The position numbers and the translations under genes were made by a program. The notes below the pieces were generated by a model. The model did no database searches. It was not told the DNA's origin and saw nothing but the letters and a program-made list of their open reading frames with translations. This document shows, in pieces, positions 12,803 through 22,784 of a DNA stretch of 64,000 bases (position 1 is its first letter; the number at the start of each line of letters is the position of its first letter). The DNA comes from Torpedo marmorata. Lineage: Eukaryota. The stretch covers positions 126,418,001 to 126,482,000 of the forward strand of contig OZ360225.1 of NCBI GenBank assembly GCA_977017645.1, given 5' to 3'.

Positions 12803-13059
12803 GAAAGTAAAACACAAAAGTCTGCAGACACCGTGGTTGAAGTAAAAACACAATCCTGGAAAAACTCAGCAGGTCAAACAGTGTACTTTAAATAGCAAAG
12901 ATAAAGATACATAACCAAAGTTTTGGGCTTGAGCCCTTCATCAAGGTACCTTCATACTTTGATGAAGGGCTCAAGCCCGAAACGTTGGTGATGTATGTTT
13001 ATCTTTGCTATATAAAGTACACTGTTTAACCTGCTGAGTTTCTCCAGCATTGTGTTTTT
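12803..13059. mobile_element. Penelope-like pLTR-derived fold-back palindrome
   Basis: Arms of ~100 bp are inverted repeats (ctggaaaaactcagcagg...gggcttgagcccttcatcaa / ttgatgaagggctcaagcccgaaacg...cctgctgagtttctccagc). 12-bp TSD acttgctgaaat at 12791-12802 and 13060-13071. Confidence 0.85.
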
Positions 13060-13806
13060 ACTTGCTGAAATAGGGCAGTTTGCATGTTGAAATCTGTTTG
13101 AAGAGTTTTTAATGAATACTGAAGCTGCCCAATGAAATCTCCCAATGTCTGCAAAGTGTCCCTGTTAAAGCCGAGAAAAACATGATGTGCTTCTTGTTCC
13201 ACACAGACTGTCCAACAATGGTCAAAGCACAAAGCTGAGAGATCCAATCATCACCAACGCAAGTTATACATATAAGTAAAGTTATTTATTATTAGGACAG
13301 TACCCGAGGTTAAGTAAAGGTCAGGTACAACCACAAGTAACATATGGGGGTGTGCCTAGAAGAAAGTTGCAATTGGCTCATTTTTACCAGATATAATTAC
13401 TGAGCAATTTACTCTGGGTAAAACTGAATTTTGTGCAATGAACTCTTCAAAAGTAGATGCAACATCATCTAATTTCTGGGCATATTTGTTCCAAATCCAA
13501 AATGATTTTAACAGGCATTCCGAAGAAGACAAGACAACCCAAATTAGAAAATACAAACTAAATATTTGTAAAGCCAGTAGGAGCATCACAATAATAAAAA
13601 TGACAATGAATTAATTTGGAATATTTTTACATCTTTCACAGAAATGCATGTTGATGTTAGCTGACCTTGTTAAACTGTGTAACCACTATTCTTTGAGTTT
13701 TATTTATGAGTAAATTAGGCTCCAATATCTGAAATTGTTAATAACTTTAACACCAAATTTGTAAAGCAACTAAGTTGAATTTTATCGTTTAATAATTAGG
13801 TTACTT

Positions 13807-14984
13807 ATCAAAATAGACTTATTTCATTTGCTTTTGATAATCAATTATTTAAAATTTGGTTTCAAAAGGGAATTAACAAAATAAATGACTGTTTTGAAGC
13901 TGGTAAATTTATTACTTTTCAAAGAATGAAAGATAAGTTTAATATATTAGACAATACGTTTTTTGCCTATTTCCAAATTAAAGCATTTTTAGTTGAAAGG
14001 TTGGGCCATAGTTTGACTTTACCTCGACAAAGTGAATTTGAATTATTAGTTACAAATGGAGGTGTAAATAAATTTATTTCTCAAATGTATAAATTATTAC
14101 AGAGGAAAATGCCTAAGGTAGCTATTCACAAATCAAGATTAAAATGGGAATTAGATTTGAATGTAACAATAGAAGAAAAGCATTGGAAAGAATTATGTAA
14201 ACTAAGTATGACTAAGATTATTAATGTTAGATATAGATTAGTGCAGTATAATTTTTTCCATCAATTATATTTAACACCTAAAAGATTAAAGAAATTTAAC
14301 CCGACATTATCAGATTTATGTTTTAGATGTAATAGGGAGGAAGGTTCTTTTGTACACTCTACATGGTTTTGTCCAAAGATATATGATTTTTGGTTGAAAG
14401 TTAAAAAGTTTTTAGATAAAGTATTAAGAAATACACTCCCAATGGATCCTATGATATTTTTATTTGGAGATATTAAAAGAATTAGTATTATGATGAAATT
14501 AAATATGTATCAAATAGAGTTTTTGAGAATTGCTTTAGCTGTGGCTAAGAAATGCATTGCTATTACTTGGAAGTCTGATGTAGATTTGGGTTTAGAAAGA
14601 TGGCATGCAGAACTTCATTCATGTATACCACTTGAAAAGATTACTTATAATTTACGTAATAAAAATCATTTCTTTTTGAAAACATGGAGCCCATACATAA
14701 AAGCGGTTGGTTTAAAAATTTGAAGATCTCCAGAGATCAGATCAGACGGGCGAATCCTACTTTCCACAAAAGATTTAGTTGATAGTTGTTCTTTTTTTAG
14801 ACATTCTCCTTATTCTATTTCTTTCTTTTCTTTATTTTTAGATTAGTGGGGGCGGGAGGGCTAGGGTGGGGAGGGTGGTTGGGGGGGAGAAAATGTATCA
14901 CATGTATTTTGATAATTTTATATTTTGCCTTATGTATTTTGTGATTTAAAAATTTTAAATAAAATATTTTAAAAAAAATAATAA
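13807..14984 (+). mobile_element. 5'-truncated L1 copy with TSD; uninterrupted ORF2 C-terminal frame 13926-14723
   Basis: 265-aa stop-free ORF2 C-terminus with CCHC finger, then G-tract, AATAAA and A/(TAA)n tail. 17-bp TSD taataattaggttactt at 13790-13806 and 14985-15001. Confidence 0.93.
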
Positions 14985-15589
14985 TAATAATTAGGTTACT
15001 TCATTGTTTATCCATGTGCATTATGGGAGGTGGTGATTAATATCTGTATTTGTAAAATGCCTAATTGAAACTGAATAAACTTTATGAAGTAATCTGTCAA
15101 ACCCAATGACAGTTAAGTTGTTTGGTATTTGGCAGCAGAATAATTAGTAAAAAGACATGTTAACATTATTGATTAACAACATGTGAGAACAATGAGAATG
15201 CTTTAACGTTCATCAAATATAATCTACCAAATTAATGTTCATCACATATAATCTACCAAATTAATTTTGTCTTCCAGTACCTATCCACATAACCTTTCAA
15301 AATATTTTACATCCAGTGATTCACTATTGCAGCAAAAAAACACTCCACTGCTTTTCTTTGGACAGTAATGTGGGTTATTTCCATCATCTTAAAAGTCCAG
15401 TATAACATCTGATTCAACTCTAAAAATACTGCAGTCTGAAATGAGGGTTCAGCTGACATTATGTCTTGGACTTTAACTTATATGAACAGGTGGGTTTAGG
15501 GTGAGATAAAGATAAATGTGCTGTAAGTGGCAATATTTTGAGAAACTGCCTCCATCTTACTGATTGTAAAAAAAAACCCTGCAAAACTG

Positions 15590-16465
15590 CAAAGTGACAC
15601 AGAGAAGTTGGTGGAACGTGTGGACAAGTGATAGATAATAGTCAAGACAGAAATGTAAAGTGATAAAAACTGGCAGAAAGAACAAGAAGTGTTACTGACT
15701 AAACAACAGTCTTAAAGATTTGCAGGAATTGAGGAATTTGGGTGTATAGAGCACAGAGGGATGCAGCATGGAAATAGGCCCTTCTGCCTAGCTAGTCAGT
15801 GCCAACTATCAAAGTAGTTATTATTTCACTAATCCTATTCCAACCATTTTTATTCTCCCCACTTTCTTATCAACTCTCCTCAGATTCTACCACACATGAG
15901 GGGCAGTTTACAGTGGCCAATTAACCTTCCAACCTGCACATTTTTAGGGTATGTACATAAACCTTTGAAAGTGACAAGGAACATTGAGATTATTAAAATA
16001 CATGGAATACCTGGTTCTTACACAGAAGCATGGAATGCAGAAGCAGGTATATTGAGAGTGAAATAAACATTGGTTAAACCACAACCAGATCATTGCATTT
16101 AAGTCTGTTTATCACCGTTTAAGAAGAATGTGAAGATTCCAGAGAGGATACAAAAATTATATTCTAGAATGATACAAGCAATGGGAGAACTTAGCAAAAA
16201 GATGGTTGCTCTCAATGAAGGTTGAAAGGATATATTATGAAAGGGTATGAGGCTTGACTGGTTCAGATAGAGTAACTAAAAGGATGGTTAAAGTCCCAGG
16301 GACGCAACTTTAAGGCTTCAACTGCCAGGAATTTATAAAGGAATTGAATAGATATTTCAGTGAAAATAATTTGAAAGGCTATGGAAAAGATGGGGGAATG
16401 AGTCTGATAGAATTTCCCAACCAAGAACTAGTATAATCTTGATGGGATCAATGGCCTCCATGTGA
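15590..16465 (+). mobile_element. Old, degenerate CR1 fragment with an antisense SINE remnant (~15770-15950)
   Basis: Remnants of the CR1 RT C-terminus and 3' end (ggttaaaccacaaccagatcattgcatt; ggctatggaaaagatggggg; gatgggatcaatggcctcc). Confidence 0.5.
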
Positions 16466-16531
16466 TTTACTGATGCCAACCCATGATTCTACTATTCATT
16501 TTGCACAAGTTCACAGTCACCTTATAAGGCA

Positions 16532-16893
16532 TGTAAGGGTTAAAATGCAGATTCAGCAAGAAGTCTGTGAAGACGTGTTGACATTCTTTGAGTGTCTCCA
16601 TAGAAATGTATTCTTAGCCAAGGTCTCTCTCTCTCTCTGCATGTTTAAGATAACGGTCAGTTTTGATTTTCATTTGTTCTGCGTTTTAATCATTGTTTAA
16701 TCATCGTTTTAATTGTTTTATCATAGTTTTAGTACCGTATAACAAAGTTGTAATAATGTAGTTACTGATATATAAGGTTTAATAAACCGTGAAAAACTCA
16801 ACTCAACTATAGTACAGACTATTTGTTTGAACAAGTCATAAACAACGACATTCAAGTCTCTCCAGGCAATTATAAAGGAAGATAGTCGCAATA
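16532..16893 (+). repeat. 5' LTR of the BEL/Pao element
   Basis: Begins tgtaagggttaaaa, contains (ct)n, ends gatagtcgcaata; near-identical to 22278-22686. Confidence 0.92.
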
Positions 16894-17751
16894 TTTAGTC
16901 AATAAAATAGGAACTATTAACTCATTAGTCAATAAAAGACGGAATTTAAGACAATAGAAAGTTGGAAATTGGATTTGGAATTCGGACTGAATCGATTGGT
17001 CTCTGTTTAGAGCATAACGAAGAAAGAGGCACAAATGTCAACAGCACCAAGGCCATTGAAGAAGCGGTAAGCCTTACTAAAGGATTCCTTCTGTGTGTTT
17101 ATTGCAAGTAATAACACAGCTTGGAGAAACTGCCGCTTGTCCTTTGAGGACTGTTTTGGTTTTGGAGTAATTGTTGTGCATTGTTGATGTCTGAGTGCGA
17201 CGATCGACTGGATGGATAAGATGGCAGCTGCTGCTGAAGCTGCTGCAACTAAGGAGCTACGTGTTGAGAAAATGAAGAAAAAGGAACATAAAAGAATTGC
17301 AAAGGCGGCAATTAAATACAAGTGGAAACAAAGCGACTCTTCAAGCAAGACTGAGTGAGGATATAGATAAGAAGACAGTTTCAGCTGCTAGGGATACAGA
17401 TCCCACAGAATTACTGCAAAAAACAATAATAGAAACTAAGTTCAGCCACAAAGAAATGGCTGAAACTGTGCCACAAGATGGTGGTGAGGAGGATGGGCAA
17501 TCTAAAATGGAGGCAGAGTCAGATATTAAGGTGACATCTGACTTACAGGATGAAATAGGACCTAAGGATAGTGTGTCAAATGCTCTAAGCAGGAGAATTA
17601 AGAGGAGTTCCAGATCAGGCTCCAGAGCTTCAGGTACTGAATCTATACGTCTAAAGATTCAGGCAGACATGACAGCTCTTGAAGTGGAAAAAAACAATGC
17701 TTCAAATTAAATTGGACTTAGAAGAGTGGGAGGAGAAGATAAGAATAACAT

Positions 17752-17955
17752 GGGTGCAGCTACGAAGAGAAGAGGAGCAAAAACAGGAGCAGCTACGAAG
17801 AGAAGAGGAGCAGAAACAGGAGCAGCTACGAAGAGAAGGGGAGCAGCTATCAAGAGAAGAGGAGCAGAAACAGGAGCAGCTACGAAGAGAAAGGGGAGCA
17901 GCTACGAAGAGAAGAGCAGAAACAGGAGCAGCTACGAAAAGAACAGGAGCAAAAA
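17752..17955 (+). repeat. 33-bp coding tandem repeat (EQLRREEEQKQ) in gag
   Basis: Unit gagcagctacgaagagaagaggagcagaaacag, about 6 full or partial copies. Confidence 0.9.
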
Positions 17956-18182
17956 TAGCAGCAGCTGAGGATGGAAAAGGAGCTGCAGGAGGAGCAGCTG
18001 GGAAGGGAGTAAGTGCAGTTAAAAAGGCAAATGGAGCTACTGGAACTGGGCAAAAGAATTGTTGTTAATCAGGTCAGGACGAAGGCACTAGAAGGCTCAG
18101 TGGTATCTGGAGCTCGAAGTAAATTATCTAAAGTGTCAAGTTTTGAGGAAGGACAACAGAAAAAGAAAATATTTAAGACCAA

Positions 18183-18435
18183 GGCTGAGCCAGTGCTGCA
18201 GTCACAAGACGTGCTTGATCCTGAACTAGGCAGGTTAAGGCACGGTGCTGAGTCAGTGTTACAACCACAATACACGCTTGGTCCTGAACTAGACAGGTTA
18301 AGGCACGGTGCTGAGCCAGTGCTACAATCACAATACATGTTTGGTCCTGAACTAGACAGGTTAAGGCACAGGGCTGAGCCAGTGCCGCGGTTACGTGACA
18401 TGCAAGATCCCAAATTAATCAGGTTAAAGCACGGT
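18183..18435 (+). repeat. 63-bp coding tandem repeat (AEPVLQSQYxxGPELDRLRHG) in gag
   Basis: Four degenerate 21-aa units in ORF 18013-18891. Confidence 0.85.
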
Positions 18436-20757
18436 GGTGCTAGATCTCAAACCCCAATAATGACCGCATTGGACAGAGATGTGAGCCTAATGCCATCATG
18501 TGAAACTGAATACCACCCGCTCCCGGCAGGTATTAGAAATCTGGGTGAACAAAGTAACTTTCGCCCAGGCATGACAAGACAAGATGATATAGCTGCATCA
18601 TTAATTCAGTTACAGACTTTCTCTTCTCTGCCCAAGAGAAAGATTCCAGTTTTTGATGGTGACCCACTTGAATTACAAGCATTTATGAAAAGCTTTGAAC
18701 GCAGTATTGAAATTAAGTGTCTAAACTCGGAGGATTGTTTATATTATTTGCAGCAGTTCACGAGTGGACAACCACAAGATCTTGTAAAGAGTTGCCAACA
18801 TATGGCTCCGAATGAAGGATTCAAACAGGCTAAGTCATTACTAAAGAAGCATTTTGGCAACAAGTATAGAATTTCTACAGCTTATGTATAGAAGGCTCTT
18901 TCATGGTCATCAATAAGACTGGATGACGCGAAAGGTTTACAAGCTTACGCCCTCTTTCTAAAAGGATTTTGCAACGTCATGATGGAGATTGGCCATCTTT
19001 GAGAGCTTGACATACCTAATAATATGGTAATCATTGTAAATAAATTACCCTTCTGGATGAGAGAATTATGGAGAAGTCAAGTTGTTGAATACCAGAAAAA
19101 ATGTGCTGAGAAGACTACTTTTAAGGATTTGATGGAGTTCATTGAAGGGCAAGTGGACGTTGTCACAGATCCAATGTATGGAATTATCAAAGATACTCAA
19201 CAGTAACTAAAGAAGTTGACAAGTCCAAATCGTATCCTCAACCAAAATGTTAAAAAAGTACATTTTCCACCTCATTGATAGTGGCGGATAAAGAAATGAA
19301 GGAAAATGAAAGTTTGCCTGTTGTGAAGAAATGTTTGTTCTGTAATGATAAGCATGACTTGGAAAAATGTTCACAGATGGAAATGAAGACGCACAGTGAG
19401 AAAATCGCTTTCTTGAAGGAAAATGGAGTATGTTTTGGCTGTCTGTGTAAAGGACACATTAGCAAAAACTGCAAAAAGCGACTCAGCTGCGACAGCATCC
19501 CAAAATGCTACATATCTTCAGGAAAAGAAGAATATGGAAAAGGAACAAGTGACCGGAAAGAAACAGATGAAAACAGTGCTGAAGCCCCGGTATTGACAAG
19601 TGGTCTTACTGGGGCCGGCACAGATAACTGCAAACTCTCAATAGTGCCTGTACAAGTTAAGGCCAGGAACGGGAATGCAACGGTACGTACACATGCATTT
19701 CTTGACCCAGGTAGCACTGTGTCATTTTGCACAGTGAAACTTATGAATAAGCTTAATCTTGAAGGAAGAAGGTCAAGGATTCTATTGAAAACCATGGGAC
19801 AAGAAAAGGTAATTGAAACTAACATCGTTTCAGGGTTAGAGGTTGCTGGAATACACAGCGATGATTTTTGCGATCTCCCAGGCATATACACACAGAAGAC
19901 TATGCCTGTGCATAAAGGAAACATCCCACATCAAAATGATGTAGATCGGTCGTTTATCTGAGGAAGGTTTATAAACCGGAAGATAGCTCTGAGATAGAGA
20001 TGCTAATTGGTTTAGATGTACCAAAGGCTCTGGAACAAATAGAAGTAATACCGAGTGTGAGAGATGGACCTTACGCTATCAAAACTATGCTTGGATGGAC
20101 AATCAATGGACCATTAGAAAGAAAGAATGATGTTGCTCAGAAGCAGTCAACAACAAGTGTCAATATGATATCTGTTGTGAAACACAACGAATCATTGAAA
20201 GAACCGTTCAAGACAGGCTTTCCTGAACGCCTCGATAACGACCAAAAACCCTCGAAAGAATACAAACAGTTCTTAGAAAATCTTGCTGACGAAAATAAAT
20301 CAAGAGCATCTAAACCAGCACTGAAGGAATTGTTTTCATCAAAAATGGATGAAAATGAAGTATTAGAAGATGCTGCAAATACTGCTAGTGATTATTCCTG
20401 CGAAGCTAAATCTGGGGCAGGAATGAAACAAATGTCTGGGAACAAATCTGAAAGCAGCTTTTGTAGCCAGATGCACCAGCAGACAAGATCAATGAAAAAA
20501 TCTTGCAACATGTTTTAAAACGGGCAAACGCAGAAAATTGCGCTGATGGTATAAAGGAGCATTTGATTGAAAATATGGTGCAACTGATTTCAGAGTACAA
20601 AATGTTGAAAAAGGACTTAGAAATATTGGATATTCGAGAAAACAGTGACCAAAAGATTTTTAACTTTGTACTTGGAAACAAAATTGATTTTCAGAAAAAT
20701 GGGAACGAATCTGATGATTCTTCAGTTTTGAAAGTGACCAAGAGAAAAGACCAGAGA

Positions 20758-21845
20758 GCAGTTAACAAGAATGGAGAGTTAATTGTAAATAGAATTCGTA
20801 AAGCCAAGTAGAAGAAAAGAATAACTGCTAAAGAAATGAGTGCAGTTATTGAAGAAAGGGATTTAGCCTTGTCAAGATGCATACAGTTGGAAGAGGAGAT
20901 TCATTTTTTGAAAAAGAACAAGTCATTGTTTAATGACACAAGACAACTGACTACGGAAAACAATCAAGAATGTACCATGGAGGAACATTGGAAAGAAATA
21001 TGTAAACAGAGTATGACGAAGATTATTAACGTTAGATATAGGTTAGTGCAATATAACTTTTTGCATCAATTATATTTAACACCTAAGAAATTAAAGAAAT
21101 TTAATTCGACATTATCAGGTTTATGTTTTACATGTAATAAAGAGGAAGGTTCTTTTGTACACTCTACGTGGCTTTGTCCAAAGATATATGATTTTTGGTT
21201 GAAAGTTAAAAAGTTTTTAGATAAAGTATTAAGAATTACATTCCCAATGGATCCTATGATATTTTTGTTTGGAGATATTAAAAGAATTAGTATTAAAATG
21301 AGATTAAATATGTATCAAATAGAATTTTTGCGAATTGCTTAGCTGTTTCAAAGAAATGCATTGCTATTACATGGAAATCTGATGTAGATTTAGGGTTAGA
21401 AAGATGGCATGCAGAACTTCGTTCAGCTATACCACTTGAAAAAATTACGTATAATTTACGTAATAAATATCATTTCTTTTTGAAAATATGGAGCCCATAT
21501 ATAAAAACTGTGGGTTTAAGGATTTGAAGATCTCTGGATATCAGATCTGACTGGTGAACCTGTGTTCCACTATAAAATTAGCTTATAGTTGTTTTTTTTT
21601 TAGATTGACATTCTCCATACTTTATCTTTTTCTTTCTTTTTTTCTTTATTTCTATATTATTAGAATAGTAAGGGTGGGAGGGTTAGGGAGGGAAGGGAGG
21701 GAGGGGGGGTGGAAAATATATCACATGTATTTTGACAATTTTGCATTTTATAAATATGTATTACCGAGTGATTTAAAATTTTAAATAAAATATTTTTTTA
21801 AAAATGTACCATGAAGGCCCAGTTAATAATGACGCAGAAGAGAAA
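20758..21845 (+). pseudogene. MIPOL1: Captured MIPOL1-like coding fragment inside the BEL element (20758-20979 plus 21814-~21845, split by an L1)
   Basis: Translation AVNKNGELIVNRIRKAK*KKRITAKEMSAVIEERDLALSRCIQLEEEIHFLKKNKSLFNDTRQLTTENNQECTM|KAQLIMTQ aligns colinearly with human MIPOL1 as I recall it: AIQKNGAIIVDRIYKTKECKMRITAEEMSALIEERDAALSKCKRLEQELHHVKEQNQTSANNMRHLTAENNQERALKAKLLSMQQ. The identification is from memory, not from a search. Confidence 0.8.
20980..21802 (+). mobile_element. 5'-truncated L1 inserted into the MIPOL1-like segment
   Basis: EEHWKEICKQSMTKIINVRYRL... ORF2 C-terminus, UTR and AATAAA; TSD aatgtaccatg at 20969-20979 and 21803-21813. Confidence 0.92.
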
Positions 21846-22030
21846 AAAAGGATGAACAAGCTTGTGATTATGAAGGTTAAAGAAACTCGTCCATTGGAAT
21901 CAAGGGTATCAGATGTCACACTTGACCAAACAATGTTGGATGAAGAAGCTGTGCAAGAGGTAATAATAAATCGTATCCATAGCTTCGAAAAAAAAAGGCC
22001 CATCTTGTGCTCTCAGGAAAGTGAATAAAT

Positions 22031-22168
22031 TGGAAATTAAGAATCGTGTTCAAGCACTGGATAGGGCCGGGGCAAACTTGCAAGCGGATTAAGACTAAAA
22101 CTGACTTTCTGAACAGACCAATTACCAAAATCTGTCTTTTACAAGAAGCAGAAAGCTTTGATATTTGA
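22031..22168 (+). pseudogene. BEL/Pao integrase extreme C-terminus (DUF5641-like)
   Basis: Manual translation WKLRIVFKHWIGPGQTCKRIKTKTDFLNRPITKICLLQEAESFDI*, matching the BEL pol end consensus KT...RPxxKxCLL. Confidence 0.85.
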
Positions 22169-22277
22169 CTTTCACTTTCTTTTGAATATTTAACCGATAT
22201 ATACTACTATGTTTGATTTTTTTCTTTGTAATGGTACTTATTATTATTTTTTAGATATAATAATTAGGGGCCGGTAT

Positions 22278-22686
22278 TGTAAGGGTTAAAACGCAGATTC
22301 TGCAAGAAGTCTGAAGACGTGTTGACATTCTTTGAGTGTCTCCATAGAAATGTATTCTTAGCCAAGGTCTCTCTCTCTCTCTCTCTCTGCATGTTTAAGA
22401 TAACAGTCAGTTTTGATTTTCCTTTGTTCTGCGAAGATGGAAAGACTTGAGATGGTCCGAAAACTTTTATTGACTGTTTTAATCATCGTTTAATCATCGT
22501 TTTAATTGTTTTATCATAGTTTTAGAACTGTATAACAAAGTTGTAATAATGTAGTTACTGATATATAAGGTTTAATAAACCATGAAAAACTCAACTCAAC
22601 TATAGTACGGACTATTTGTTTGAACGAGTCATAAACAACGACATTCAAGTCTCTCCAGGCGATTATAAAGGAAAATAGTTGCAATA
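22278..22686 (+). repeat. 3' LTR of the BEL/Pao element
   Basis: tgtaagggttaaaa...aatagttgcaata; has an extra ~43-bp block (aagatggaaagacttgagatggtccgaaaacttttattgactg) and a longer (ct)n than the 5' LTR. Confidence 0.92.
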
Positions 22687-22784
22687 GCATTAACCAAAAT
22701 TCTGCATGATTAGGAAGTGGTGGAAGTAAATAATATTCATGAGGATCCAAATAACAGAAACAAGGCTCTAATATTGTATAGAGT

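Larger units (their letters stand above)
17221..20280 (+). pseudogene. Degenerate BEL/Pao gag-protease (SAP-like N-terminus, coiled-coil repeats, DUF1759-like domain, zinc knuckles, DUF1758-like aspartic protease)
   Basis: ORFs 17297-17710, 17679-18068, 18013-18891, 19024-19206, 19275-19961 and 20000 onwards are joined by frameshifts and stops. Motifs: CLFCNDKHDLEKC, CFGCLCKGHISKNC, IVPVQVK...THAFLDPGSTVSFC. Confidence 0.9.
16532..22686 (+). mobile_element. BEL/Pao LTR retrotransposon, non-autonomous; RT, RNase H and integrase core replaced by foreign coding sequence
   Basis: Paired LTRs, gag with DUF1759-like LPKRKIPVFDGDP, CCHC knuckles, protease AFLDPGST, BEL motif GPYAIKTMLGWTING, integrase tail KTKTDFLNRPITKICLLQEAE, and PPT-like aattaggggccggta before the 3' LTR. 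No RT (YxDD) or RNase H motifs found. Confidence 0.92.

Noticed and set aside
13926-14723. 265-aa ORF as a host gene
   Set aside because: It is the L1 ORF2 C-terminus within a 5'-truncated, TSD-flanked copy.
15208-15265. 29-bp tandem duplication
   Set aside because: An ordinary slippage duplication with no further structure.
20836-21342. Functional MIPOL1 gene at this locus
   Set aside because: Only a short fragment with an upstream in-frame stop, no splice context, embedded in an LTR element and fused to L1.
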